Translations under genes and position numbers: made by a program
Shown here: piece by piece, positions 44,397 to 53,814 of the stretch
Position numbering within the stretch: position 1 is the stretch's first letter
Layout of the letters: each line of letters starts with the position of its first letter
Notes under the pieces: model-generated
Databases searched by the model: none
Seen by the model: the letters and a program-made list of their open reading frames with translations, nothing else
What the model was told of the DNA's origin: nothing
NCBI GenBank assembly: GCA_045644045.1
Contig: JAZRGD010000052.1
Coordinates: 1 to 56,516 of the forward strand
Direction: 5' to 3'
From: Eubacteriales bacterium
Lineage (GTDB): Bacteria > Bacillota > Clostridia > Oscillospirales > CAG-272
Length of the DNA stretch: 56,516 bases

Positions 44397-45773
44397 ATGA
44401 AGGAAGCGAAGACCGTTTACGTTTGCGCCGAATGCGGCTACGTCAGCCGCAAGTGGCTCGGAAAATGCCCCGATTGCGGTGCTTGGAACTCCATGAACGA
44501 GGAGGAAGAAAAGCCCGCGCCCGCGCGCAAAAGCATCGTGAGGCGAGAGGATAAGGAGGCGGTGCGCCTTGCCGATACCGCCTTGCCCGATTATATCCGC
44601 CGCTCTACGGGAATGGGCGAGCTTGACCGCGTTCTCGGAGGCGGTCTCGTGCAAGGCTCGGTGGTGCTGCTGTCGGGTGAGCCGGGTATCGGTAAATCCA
44701 CCCTTCTTTTGCAGATCAGCCACGAGCTGTCCAAGGGGCACAAGGTTTTGTACGTGTCGGGCGAGGAGTCGCGTGGGCAGATCAAGCTTCGCGCCGAACG
44801 CCTCGGCGTGGCGTCGGGCGAGCTTTTCGTTCTCACCGAGACCAACCTCGACGGCATCGAAGAGGAGTGTAAGCGTCTCTCACCGGACGTTTTGATCGTG
44901 GATTCCATTCAAACCATATACAGCGAGCGCTTTACCTCGGTGGCGGGCAGCATCACCCAGGTCAGAGAGTGCGCCATGGCCTTTATTTCCTTCGCCAAGG
45001 AGACCGGCTCCGCCGTATTCCTCGTGGGCCATATCAACAAGGAGGGCGGCATCTCGGGTCCCAAGGTCCTTGAGCACATGGTGGACGCCGTTCTCTATTT
45101 CGAGGGTGACAGAAGACAGTCCTATCGCATCGTGCGCGCCATTAAGAACCGCTACGGCTCCACCAACGAGATCGGCGTTTTCGAGATGGGTGACGAGGGC
45201 CTCACCGAGGTTCCCAATCCCTCCGAGGCCATGATGGAGGGAAGACCGATCGACATCAGTGGCAGTGCCGCCTGCGTGGTGATGGAGGGAAGCCGTCCCC
45301 TGATCACCGAGATCCAAGCCCTTGTGGCTCCCACCGCCTTTCCCAGCCCTCGCCGCACCGCCGACGGCTTTGACTATAACCGTATGTGCTTGCTTCTCGC
45401 GGTGCTGGAAAGACGGCTGCACCTTCGCTTTTCCGCCAATGACGTTTATTTGAACATCGCAGGCGGTATGCGTCTCATTGAGCCGGCCGCCGACCTGGCG
45501 GTTGCGCTTGCGCTGATCTCCGCCATCAGTGATACCGTCATTCCTCCCGACCTCATCGTCTTTGGCGAGCTGGGGCTCGCGGGCGAGGTGCGCGCCGTTT
45601 CTCACGCCGATTACCGTGTGAAGGAGGCTTATCGCCTGGGCTTCCGCAAGATCGTGCTTCCCAAACGCTCGGTGGCCGCCTTGAAGGGAAAGACCGACGC
45701 GGAGCTGATCGGTATCTCCAACCTTTTTGAGGTGCTGACGCTGCTGAAAAAGCAAAAGAAGGACGAAGCATGA
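44397..45773 (+). CDS. radA: DNA repair protein RadA
   Basis: Zn ribbon 'CAECGYVSRKWLGKCPDCGAWNS', Walker A 'GEPGIGKSTL', 'KNRYGSTNEIGVFEM' (KNRFG motif) and a Lon-like C-terminal domain. ATG 44385 is an alternative start. Confidence 0.9.
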   Translation: MKEAKTVYVCAECGYVSRKWLGKCPDCGAWNSMNEEEEKPAPARKSIVRREDKEAVRLADTALPDYIRRSTGMGELDRVLGGGLVQGSVVLLSGEPGIGKSTLLLQISHELSKGHKVLYVSGEESRGQIKLRAERLGVASGELFVLTETNLDGIEEECKRLSPDVLIVDSIQTIYSERFTSVAGSITQVRECAMAFISFAKETGSAVFLVGHINKEGGISGPKVLEHMVDAVLYFEGDRRQSYRIVRAIKNRYGSTNEIGVFEMGDEGLTEVPNPSEAMMEGRPIDISGSAACVVMEGSRPLITEIQALVAPTAFPSPRRTADGFDYNRMCLLLAVLERRLHLRFSANDVYLNIAGGMRLIEPAADLAVALALISAISDTVIPPDLIVFGELGLAGEVRAVSHADYRVKEAYRLGFRKIVLPKRSVAALKGKTDAELIGISNLFEVLTLLKKQKKDEA

Positions 45774-46744
45774 GGACTACCCAAAGGGAGATGAATCCCT
45801 TTCCCTATACCGATTCCAACAAGCGGTATTACACCTACGATTATTATTTGCGCCGTACCTACGGCGGGAAATGCGCCAAGGTCACCCTCGACGCGGGCTT
45901 TACCTGCCCCAACATCGACGGAACGCGCGCCACGGGCGGATGTATCTATTGCTCGGCGCGCGGGAGCGGTGATTTTGCCCCCGACGCCCGTCTTTCCCTG
46001 ACGGAGCAATACCGCCTCCAGGTGGAAAAAATAAAGAAAAAGTGGGATACGGACAGGTTTATCCCCTATCTGCAAGCCCATACCAATACCTACGCACCCA
46101 TCTCGCGTCTGCGCGCGGTATACGAGGAGGTGCTTGCCCTGCCCGGTGCGGTCGCTCTCCATATCGCCACCCGCGCCGATTGCCTTGCCGATGACGTGCT
46201 CTCCCTTTTACGCGCGGTAGCGGAGAAAATTCCTCTTACGGTGGAGCTGGGACTCCAAAGCGTATCCGACGAAACGGCAAAACGCATCAATCGCGGACAT
46301 ACCTACGCCGAATTTCTGTCGGGCTATGCGGCACTTCGCCGTGCCGTGCCTGACGCTCGTGTTTCCGTTCACCTCATCAACGGTCTTCCGGGTGAGGACA
46401 AGGAGCAGATGCTGAGGAACGCGAGGGAGGTCGCGCGTCTTCGACCCGACGAGGTCAAGCTTCATCTTCTTCACGTTTTGCGCGGCACCCCACTTGCCGC
46501 CCTCTACGAACGGGGAGACTACGTCCCCATGACGAGAGAGGATTACGTGGACACCGTGGCAGAGCAGCTGGCACTTTTTCCCCCTGAAACGGTCATCGGA
46601 CGCTTGACGGGAGACGGTGCCAAGGGCGCGCTTCTCGCGCCTCTTTGGAGTTTAAAGAAGGTCACGGTGCTGAACGATATCGACAAAAAACTCTTTGAAA
46701 CCGGCAATTTTCAGGGAAATATGTGCAATTTGCACAAAAAATGA
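45770..46744 (+). CDS. TIGR01212-family radical SAM protein
   Basis: ATGA overlap with radA. 'KVTLDAGFTCPNIDGTRATGGCIYCS' matches this family's atypical Cys cluster. Confidence 0.8.
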   Translation: MRTTQREMNPFPYTDSNKRYYTYDYYLRRTYGGKCAKVTLDAGFTCPNIDGTRATGGCIYCSARGSGDFAPDARLSLTEQYRLQVEKIKKKWDTDRFIPYLQAHTNTYAPISRLRAVYEEVLALPGAVALHIATRADCLADDVLSLLRAVAEKIPLTVELGLQSVSDETAKRINRGHTYAEFLSGYAALRRAVPDARVSVHLINGLPGEDKEQMLRNAREVARLRPDEVKLHLLHVLRGTPLAALYERGDYVPMTREDYVDTVAEQLALFPPETVIGRLTGDGAKGALLAPLWSLKKVTVLNDIDKKLFETGNFQGNMCNLHKK

Positions 46745-46788
46745 ATAAAAAGATTGGCGTTCAATGTGAAAAAAGTTGATAAAAACTC

Positions 46789-46817
46789 TTGCATCTTAGA
46801 TTAAAACACGATATAAT
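46789..46817 (+). promoter_or_regulatory. Sigma-A promoter of the EF-G paralog
   Basis: TTGCAT (46789-46794), a 17-nt spacer, then TATAAT (46812-46817). Confidence 0.6.
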
Positions 46818-46884
46818 ATAAGCAGATAGAATCTCGAAAGGGTTTATCTGCTTATTTTATTATCAAGAAAAGGAGACTCTCCGT

Positions 46885-48951
46885 ATGGACCTGTTTGAAA
46901 CCAAAAACATTCGTAACGTATGCTTGCTTGGACACGGTGGGGCGGGAAAGACCTCGCTCGCAGAAGCTATGCTCTATATCGCCAAGGCCACCGACCGATT
47001 AGGAAAGGTAACGGAGGGAAATACCGTACTTGATTTTGATGCCGAAGAGATCAAGCGCGGCTCCTCCGTCAGCGCCGCCGTGGCGCCCCTTGTATGGCAG
47101 AACATCAAGGTCAACATTTTGGACACTCCCGGCTATCCCGATTTTGAGGGCGACGTCCTCGAGTGTGCCCGCGTGGCCGATGCCGCGCTGATCGTCGTTG
47201 ACGGTAAGGCGGGCGTTGAGGTCGGTACGGAAAGTGCCTTCAACCTGGCCACCAAGATGGGTCTGCCCAAGTCCTTCTTTATTAACCGCTTTGACGATCC
47301 CGAGGCACGCTTCTACAAGGTCTTCGATGCGTTGCGCGAGGCCTTTGGCGTTACCGTTTGTCCCTTGCAGATCCCCATGATCGACGGCGACAAGGTTACA
47401 GGCTTCCTCGATCTGCTCGACTTTGAAAGCTACATTTTCGATTCCGCAACGGGTGACTACGTTACCCTCGCCATTCCCGACGAGTTCATGGAGATCGCCA
47501 ATAAATACCGCGATATGCTGTACGAGGCCATCGCCCAGACTCATGAGGATTTGATGGATAAGTATTTCGCGGGCGAGGAGATCACCCGTGAGGAGTCTGT
47601 GGAGGCCATCCACAACGGTATCATCCGCGGTGAGATCATTCCCGTGTTCTGCGGTGCCGCCACCAAGATGTGGGGTGTTAAGACCCTCCTTGACACCATT
47701 GCCGACTCCTATCCCCGTCATACCGCCAAGGGGGTGGAGAAGGACGTGGACGGAAACGACGTCCCCATTGATAAGGAGGGCGACGTAGCCTCCCTCTTCG
47801 TCTTCAAAACGGTTGCCGATCCCTTCGTGGGTAAGATGTCCTTCTTTAAGGTCATGAACGGTAGCGTTACCAAGGACACCGTTCTCGTCAATACCACCGG
47901 CGGTGCCCAGGAAAAGCCCGGCCGTCTCTATATCGTAAAGGGCAAGAAGCAGGAGGAGATCGCCTCCCTTGCTTGCGGCGACATCGGTATGATGGCAAAG
48001 CTTGCCTCCACCGCCACGGGTGACACCCTCACCACGGGCGCATCCGACTTGAAGTACGCCAGAGTGGAATACCCCAATGCCTACGCCACCAAGGCCGTCG
48101 TGCCTCTCGGCAAGGGCGATGAAGACAAGATCTCCTCGGGCATTGCGAGACTCCTTGAGGAGGATAAGACCCTCCGCTTCCGCAACAGTGCCGAGACAAA
48201 GCAGCTCTTGCTCTCCGGCTTGGGTGACACCCATCTTGATATCGTTGCCGCCAAGCTGAAAAACCGCTTTGGCGTGTCCGTCGGCTTTGTGCCCGAAAAG
48301 CTGGCCTACCGTGAGACCATCCGCAAGTCCGCGCCTGCCGAGGGCAAGCACAAGAAGCAGTCCGGCGGTAGCGGTCAGTACGGTCACGTTCGTATGACCT
48401 TCTCGCCAGGCGAAGAAGAGGGCCTCACCTTTACCGAGACGGTATTCGGCGGAGAGGTACCTAAGAATTTCTTCCCTGCGGTACAAAAGGGTATCGAGGA
48501 GGCTATGCAGAAGGGTGTCCTCGCCGGCTATCCCATGGTTGGCCTGAAGGCAAACTTAGAGGGTGGATCCTATCACGACGTGGACAGTAATGAAATTTCC
48601 TTTAAGCTGGCTGCTATTTTGGCCTTCAAGGACGGTATCCCCAAGGCGTCTCCCGTGCTCCTTGAGCCCGTTGGTACTCTCTCCGTTCACACCCCCGACG
48701 GCTACGTGGGTGACGTTATGGGCGATCTCAATCGCCGCCGTGGAAGAGTGCTGGGCATCGATACCCATGAAAGAGACGGTTATCAGACGGTAGAGGCCGA
48801 GGTGCCTTACGCCGAAATGACCGACTACGTGGTTGCGCTGCGGGCGATGACGCAGGGCAGAGCACGCTTTGATTACACCTTCGCTCGTTACGAGGAGGTT
48901 CCCGCTAACGTGGCCCAAAAGGTCATTGCGGAGGCCGCCAAGGAAGCATGA
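46885..48951 (+). CDS. Elongation factor G paralog (EF-G2-like translational GTPase)
   Basis: G1 'GHGGAGKTS', G3 'DTPGYPDF', then EF-G domains II-V. It is not in an rpsL-rpsG-fusA-tuf context. Confidence 0.85.
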   Translation: MDLFETKNIRNVCLLGHGGAGKTSLAEAMLYIAKATDRLGKVTEGNTVLDFDAEEIKRGSSVSAAVAPLVWQNIKVNILDTPGYPDFEGDVLECARVADAALIVVDGKAGVEVGTESAFNLATKMGLPKSFFINRFDDPEARFYKVFDALREAFGVTVCPLQIPMIDGDKVTGFLDLLDFESYIFDSATGDYVTLAIPDEFMEIANKYRDMLYEAIAQTHEDLMDKYFAGEEITREESVEAIHNGIIRGEIIPVFCGAATKMWGVKTLLDTIADSYPRHTAKGVEKDVDGNDVPIDKEGDVASLFVFKTVADPFVGKMSFFKVMNGSVTKDTVLVNTTGGAQEKPGRLYIVKGKKQEEIASLACGDIGMMAKLASTATGDTLTTGASDLKYARVEYPNAYATKAVVPLGKGDEDKISSGIARLLEEDKTLRFRNSAETKQLLLSGLGDTHLDIVAAKLKNRFGVSVGFVPEKLAYRETIRKSAPAEGKHKKQSGGSGQYGHVRMTFSPGEEEGLTFTETVFGGEVPKNFFPAVQKGIEEAMQKGVLAGYPMVGLKANLEGGSYHDVDSNEISFKLAAILAFKDGIPKASPVLLEPVGTLSVHTPDGYVGDVMGDLNRRRGRVLGIDTHERDGYQTVEAEVPYAEMTDYVVALRAMTQGRARFDYTFARYEEVPANVAQKVIAEAAKEA

Positions 48952-48957
48952 AAAAAA

Positions 48958-48995
48958 CCGACCCCTGTCGGGAGACAGGGGACGGTTTTAGTTTT
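48958..48995 (+). terminator. Intrinsic terminator after the EF-G paralog
   Basis: Stem CCGACCCCTGTC / GACAGGGGACGG (one mismatch), followed by TTTTAGTTTT. Confidence 0.75.
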
Positions 48996-49035
48996 ACAGT
49001 GCCGCCTTTGGCAGACCCGCTTCGGTTGCGATCAT

Positions 49036-50433
49036 TTACACCGGATGGACGCCGGAGCGGCGGGAGGCACGGGCATCAAGACCGTATCTTTGATTCTTGC
49101 GCCATTCAAAATAACGAATAGCCACGTCCTCAAAAATGGCAAGAGTGAGAAGGTCCTCCTCCTGCTCGGCGTAGGGGGCTACGCGGCTTCTGTATTTCTC
49201 CACTGCGGGGGCCAGCATATCGGCGGCGCGGTGGGTGATGGGAAGCTCGTCGCCCAAAATGCTCTTTCTGAACATGGGCTCCACCGTGCCGGGCAAACGC
49301 CCGTACCGACCGCTTATGAGACTTTTAAAGTCCTCGGTCACCGTCTTATAGCGCGCGCCGTCCAAAACGTTTTGCAGGGCCTGCGCGCCGATGATCTGAG
49401 AAATGGGGGTGACGAGAGGGGGGTATCCCGCATCGTCTCTCACGCGCGAGATCTCGGAAAGCACCTCGGGCAAAAGCTGTTTTTCACCCATGGCACACAG
49501 CTTTTCAAACATGGTGAAGTAGGTGCCGTAGGGGACCTGGTGCTGAAGTGCGTCCACGCTGATTTTTTGTACGTTGCGGTCGATCATGCCGTCGGTGAGA
49601 TATTTTTCTCTCAGATCGGCAAAATATGCGGTTACCTCGGAGAGGGCGGCCATGTCGATCTCGGGGGCGTAGGGCGTGCCGATAAAGGCGGAGACGATGG
49701 CCTCCGTAGGGGGCAAGGAGGCACCCGAGGCAAAGGGGGAAATAGAGGTGTCCACGATGTCCACTCCTACCTCTACCGCCTTTAATACGGTCATAGAAGC
49801 AAGTCCTGCCGTCGTATGGGTGTGAAGCTGGATCTGCATATTGTTGTTCTCGGCACGGAGTGCCTTGATCAGCTGATATGCGTCGTAGGGCTTAAGCTGT
49901 CCCGACATATCCTTGATGCAAATGGAGTCCGCTCCCATGGAAAGCAGAGTCTGCGCGTAAGCCACGAAGGATTCGTTGGTGTGGGCGGGGCTTACGGTGT
50001 AGCATATGGCGGCTTGGACGGAGGCCTTTTCTTTTTTGGCGGCGCGAATGGCCGTCTCTAAATTTCTCGGATCGTTCAGCGCGTCGTAAACGCGCACGAT
50101 GTCAATGCCACCCGCAACTGCCTTTTGAATGAAATATTCGACGATATCGTCGGGATAAGGCTTGTAGCCAAGCACGTTCTGCCCACGGAAAAGCATTTGC
50201 AGCTTGGTTCGCTGGAGATTGCCTCTTATGGTGCGCAGTCTTTTCCAAGGATCCTCGTGTAAATGGCGCAGGCAGGCGTCAAAGGTAGCACCGCCGAACA
50301 CCTCAAGGGAATGGTAACCCACCTTGTCAAGGACGGGAAGAATGGGAAGCATTTCCGCAGTGGTCATACGGGAATCGGCAAGAGACTGTTGACCGTCACG
50401 CAGAACGGTTTCTGTCAGTTTAAGTCTTGGCAT
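49036..50433 (-). CDS. Carboxyltransferase 5S subunit / oxaloacetate decarboxylase alpha-type (HMGL-like domain, no biotinyl domain)
   Basis: 'LTETVLRDGQQSL', 'LEVFGGATFD' and 'QLHTHTTAGLA' match the pyruvate-carboxyltransferase TIM-barrel blocks. Confidence 0.85.
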   Translation of the reverse strand: MPRLKLTETVLRDGQQSLADSRMTTAEMLPILPVLDKVGYHSLEVFGGATFDACLRHLHEDPWKRLRTIRGNLQRTKLQMLFRGQNVLGYKPYPDDIVEYFIQKAVAGGIDIVRVYDALNDPRNLETAIRAAKKEKASVQAAICYTVSPAHTNESFVAYAQTLLSMGADSICIKDMSGQLKPYDAYQLIKALRAENNNMQIQLHTHTTAGLASMTVLKAVEVGVDIVDTSISPFASGASLPPTEAIVSAFIGTPYAPEIDMAALSEVTAYFADLREKYLTDGMIDRNVQKISVDALQHQVPYGTYFTMFEKLCAMGEKQLLPEVLSEISRVRDDAGYPPLVTPISQIIGAQALQNVLDGARYKTVTEDFKSLISGRYGRLPGTVEPMFRKSILGDELPITHRAADMLAPAVEKYRSRVAPYAEQEEDLLTLAIFEDVAIRYFEWRKNQRYGLDARASRRSGVHPV

Positions 50434-50484
50434 GGTTTTCCTTTCTGCCGCAAAGCATCACGGCAAGATGAAATAGGTAAGCCG

Positions 50485-50850
50485 TCAGGCTTGAGGCTCG
50501 ATGGTGAACAAGACGGTTCCCGTGTCCACCGCGTCGCCCTTGGCGGTAAGGATCTGGCGAACCGTTCCGTCGGTGGGGGAGGGGATGACGTTTTGGATCT
50601 TCATGGCTTCGAGCAGACAGAGCTTGTCGCCGGCCTGTACCTCGTCTCCCACGTGAACGAAAACATTCAAGATCGTGCCGCTCATAGGAGAGGTCACGCT
50701 GGTAAGCACGGGGGTATCAATAGGGGTGACGGCGGCCTGCGGCACACGCTCGGCGGGCAGACTCGCGCTCTCGCTCACCTCGCCCATATCCTCCACCAGT
50801 ACCTCGTAGGTCTTGCCGAGAACGGTAATGTTTAACTTTTTCGTTTTCAT
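50485..50850 (-). CDS. Biotin carboxyl carrier protein (1.3S-type biotinyl subunit)
   Basis: ATG 50850 lies 8 nt after AAGGAG. 'LCLLEAMKIQNVIPSPTDG' carries the biotinyl-lysine (E-A-M-K) motif. Confidence 0.85.
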   Translation of the reverse strand: MKTKKLNITVLGKTYEVLVEDMGEVSESASLPAERVPQAAVTPIDTPVLTSVTSPMSGTILNVFVHVGDEVQAGDKLCLLEAMKIQNVIPSPTDGTVRQILTAKGDAVDTGTVLFTIEPQA

Positions 50851-50869
50851 GATCAGCACTCCTTATTAT

Positions 50870-51166
50870 CTATCTCGTGCGGCGAAAGGAAACCACACGG
50901 AATCGTTTCTTTTCCGTTTCCTCACAGGCGTGTACCGCCGCCGCCAAAATGGCGATCAGCACCTCTTCGGGAAGCTCCTCCTCGGAGGCGGGGGCAAGGG
51001 GCTCACTCTTTGCGCTCCCCTTTGTGTTCGTTCTTCTTTTTCGGCCGAACAGCCTGCTCTTGGATCTTAGGATCGCGTAGGCCAAAAGAAACAGTAAGCT
51101 CGTCGTTATTACGCTGGCCAGGCATGCAAGAAGCATCTGACCGAGCACGCCTTCTAATAAAAACAT
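50870..51166 (-). CDS. OadG-like small membrane subunit (decarboxylase gamma/delta type)
   Basis: One N-terminal TM helix, a charged linker, then 'EEVLIAILAAAVHA', which is typical of OadG-family tails. Confidence 0.6.
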   Translation of the reverse strand: MFLLEGVLGQMLLACLASVITTSLLFLLAYAILRSKSRLFGRKRRTNTKGSAKSEPLAPASEEELPEEVLIAILAAAVHACEETEKKRFRVVSFRRTR

Positions 51167-51176
51167 GGGCGCCTCC

Positions 51177-52646
51177 TTACAAGGGAAGAACGGCGTGACG
51201 CTTTGCTATTGCGACACCCTTGTCTGCCAGCATGTAGAGAGAGGAAATGACTCTTTGTCTCATCTCGTCTACGGAAATGATGTCGTCCACCTCGCCGCGC
51301 AGAGCGGCAGACACGGGAGAAGACAGGGTCGTACGCCACAGGTCTTCCAGTACGCTACGCTCGGTCTCAAGGGTGACCTTGTCATTCCAAGCGAAAGCAA
51401 CGGAGGCCTCGGTCGTCATAGGGCCGATCTCGGCAGAGTCAAGGGCGTATACGACGTCCGCGCCCATGGCCTTAGAGCCCATCAGCACGAACGCGCCGCC
51501 GATGGCAGAGCCGAGAATGACGGTGATCTTGGGCACCTCCGCCTTGGCGTAGGCAAAGGACAGGGAAGCAAGGTTAGAGGCGTAGAGCCCGCCCTCCTCG
51601 TCCTCCTCGGCAAAGCCTGCCGCATCGACGAAGGTGATCACGGGCATGTGGAAGGCGTCGCAGAAGGAAATAAAGCGAGCCGCCTTTTTTGCCTCCTTGC
51701 TGCCAAGCTTGGCACGGGCGTCCAGAGGACGGTTGCCCAGCACGCCGCAACGAACGCCGCCGATAATGGCAAAGGCCGTCAGCAGGTCGGGCGCGTAAGC
51801 GGCGGTGATCTCCTGATATACACCGTTGTCAGCCAAAGCGCGCACGGCATATCCCAGATTGCCGCCGAAATCAGGGTCACCCAGCATGCGATTGATGCTG
51901 TCGGCGGGGGTCAGTCTTGCCACGCCCTCACCGGCATGAGATGGCAGATAGGAGAGAAGAAGCCTCGCGTCCTTCGCCGCGGAGGCGGCATCCTTTGCGA
52001 TCATGGCCGCCGTGGGAAGACTCCAATCCTTTTCATCCAGCTCGTCTCCCGTGTTGTTTACGTAGAAGGCGGCACCGCGGACGCCGATTACAAAATCAAA
52101 CATAGCGGCAAGAGGAGCGAGCGTACCGGTGCATTCTCCCGCTATGATGGCGATCTGAGGGATCTTGCCGGAGGCGTCTGCCACACAGCGCATGATCCTT
52201 CCATAGCCCGCCAGCGCGGAAACACCGTCAAAGATGTCCGCTCCCTTGCTGTTGAAGATGCCGATGACGGGGGCATTGCTTTTCAGTGCCAAGCGGTAAA
52301 GTGCAAGGATCTTTTCGGCGTGCCGCTCGTCCATTGCACCTTCCTTCCTTGAAAGGTCCTGGCCAAATGCGTAAACGAGTCTGCCGTCTATGGCACCGTA
52401 GCCGTAAATTACTCCCTCAAGCTCAAAGGCGTTCGCACCCTCGGAAAACTCCGAAAAATGACGCTTGGTATAAACGCCAAGCTCCGAGAAGGTGGCTTCG
52501 TCAAAGAGGGCGTTCAGCATCTGTCTGACGTCCGAGCTTTCAGTGGCCGCTAAGGCGGCACGAAGCTCCTCTACGGTGGGCAGAGCGGCCACGTCCGTTT
52601 TTTTTGCCCACACGGCGGCGGGCGCGTTTGGCTTATTGTTTTGCAA
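51177..52646 (-). CDS. Acyl-CoA carboxyltransferase (methylmalonyl-CoA 12S / MmdA-like)
   Basis: TTG start 9 nt after AAGGAGG. Two crotonase-like carboxyl-transferase halves ('GECTGTLAPLAAM', 'LGSAIGGAFVLMGSK'). Confidence 0.85.
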   Translation of the reverse strand: MQNNKPNAPAAVWAKKTDVAALPTVEELRAALAATESSDVRQMLNALFDEATFSELGVYTKRHFSEFSEGANAFELEGVIYGYGAIDGRLVYAFGQDLSRKEGAMDERHAEKILALYRLALKSNAPVIGIFNSKGADIFDGVSALAGYGRIMRCVADASGKIPQIAIIAGECTGTLAPLAAMFDFVIGVRGAAFYVNNTGDELDEKDWSLPTAAMIAKDAASAAKDARLLLSYLPSHAGEGVARLTPADSINRMLGDPDFGGNLGYAVRALADNGVYQEITAAYAPDLLTAFAIIGGVRCGVLGNRPLDARAKLGSKEAKKAARFISFCDAFHMPVITFVDAAGFAEEDEEGGLYASNLASLSFAYAKAEVPKITVILGSAIGGAFVLMGSKAMGADVVYALDSAEIGPMTTEASVAFAWNDKVTLETERSVLEDLWRTTLSSPVSAALRGEVDDIISVDEMRQRVISSLYMLADKGVAIAKRHAVLPL

Positions 52647-52678
52647 GGCTTAAGACCTCCTTGTTCGTTTCTCCCTTT

Positions 52679-52707
52679 ATCATACCATTATTTCCTCCTC
52701 TTGTCAA
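52679..52707 (-). promoter_or_regulatory. Sigma-A promoter of the carboxyltransferase operon
   Basis: On the minus strand: TTGACA (52707-52702), a 17-nt spacer, then TATGAT (52684-52679). Confidence 0.65.
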
Positions 52708-52821
52708 GAAAAACAGCCCAAAAGTTCACGAAATTTTATATTTAATGAAGTTTTAGGCGCGATTTCTGTTGCTTTCTTTCCCTTTTTGTGCTACAATGAG
52801 AAAAAAGAGAGGAGAAGAGCA

Positions 52822-53709
52822 GTGGATGAAAGGATGTATCGCTCTTGTCGCCTTTGCCCGCGCGCTTGCGGCGTAGACCGCTTGAACGGAGAGCGCGGTG
52901 CTTGCGGCATGGGGGCACAGGCCGTTTTGGCTCATACGATGCTCCATATGTGGGAGGAGCCCTTCCTTTCGGGAACGCGAGGGTCGGGGACGGTTTTCTT
53001 TTCGGGCTGCTCTCTCGGATGCGTGTACTGTCAAAACAAAGCCATTTCACGCGGCGAAAGAGGGAGACCTGTTTCCGTGGAGAAGCTGGCAGACGCCTTT
53101 TTATCTCTCCGTGAGCAAGGCGCTCACAACTTGAATCTGGTGACCGCCTCCCATTTCCTTCCCTCAGTGCGTGCCGCCCTGCTGTTGGCAAGGGAAAGGG
53201 GACTTCGCTTGCCCGTCGTTTACAATACCTCGGGCTATGAGACGGTGGAGGCCCTGCGCGCATTAGAGGGGCTGGTAGACGTTTACTTGACCGATCTGCG
53301 CTATGCGCGCGCGGACACCGCCGCACGTTATTCGGGTGCCGCCGATTATCCCGCCGTGGCGCGAAGGGCGGTAAAGGAAATGGTGTCTCAAACAGGCGCA
53401 CCCGTCTTTGACGGAGAGGGGATGCTCGTACGGGGAACGGTAGCGCGCATTTTGCTGTTGCCCTCCCACCTTATTGAGGCGAAAATGAACGTAAAGCATC
53501 TCTATGGCACATTTGGGGATGACATTTATATCAGCCTGATGCGTCAGTACACCCCTATGAAGGGAGCTGTCTCGCCCCTTGACCGTCCTGTCAGCGATGC
53601 CGAATACCTTTCACTCGTAAGCTACGCGGCCTCTTTGGGGGTAACGCGCGCTTTTACCCAAGAAAAAGGCTCTGTAAGCGAAAGCTTCATTCCGAATTTT
53701 GAAAAATAA
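52822..53709 (+). CDS. Radical SAM protein, PflX-type (pyruvate formate-lyase-activase-like)
   Basis: GTG 52822 lies 7 nt after AGGAG; ATG 52834 is the alternative start. 'CRLCPRACGVDR' and 'FFSGCSLGCVYCQN' (CxxxCxxC). An extended -10 TGcTACAAT lies at 52789-52797. Confidence 0.8.
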   Translation: MDERMYRSCRLCPRACGVDRLNGERGACGMGAQAVLAHTMLHMWEEPFLSGTRGSGTVFFSGCSLGCVYCQNKAISRGERGRPVSVEKLADAFLSLREQGAHNLNLVTASHFLPSVRAALLLARERGLRLPVVYNTSGYETVEALRALEGLVDVYLTDLRYARADTAARYSGAADYPAVARRAVKEMVSQTGAPVFDGEGMLVRGTVARILLLPSHLIEAKMNVKHLYGTFGDDIYISLMRQYTPMKGAVSPLDRPVSDAEYLSLVSYAASLGVTRAFTQEKGSVSESFIPNFEK

Positions 53710-53749
53710 AGTTTTTTTCAAAAAAAACGGCTAAATAACGCAAAAGCCC

Positions 53750-53778
53750 TTTACTTTTTTAAAATATAATGGTATAAT
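53750..53778 (+). promoter_or_regulatory. Probable promoter of mtaB
   Basis: TTTACT (53750-53755), a 17-nt spacer, then TATAAT (53773-53778). Confidence 0.45.
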
Positions 53779-53814
53779 TACAGAATAGCGTATCAAAAAA
53801 ACGGAGGTGGCTTC

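Noticed and set aside
46818-46855. 11-bp inverted repeat plus T-rich tail as a leader attenuator of the EF-G paralog
   Set aside because: The 5' arm starts immediately after the -10 hexamer, so the predicted transcription start falls inside it and the full hairpin would not be transcribed from this promoter. It may instead be a weak terminator of the upstream radical-SAM gene or an operator. This is unresolved.
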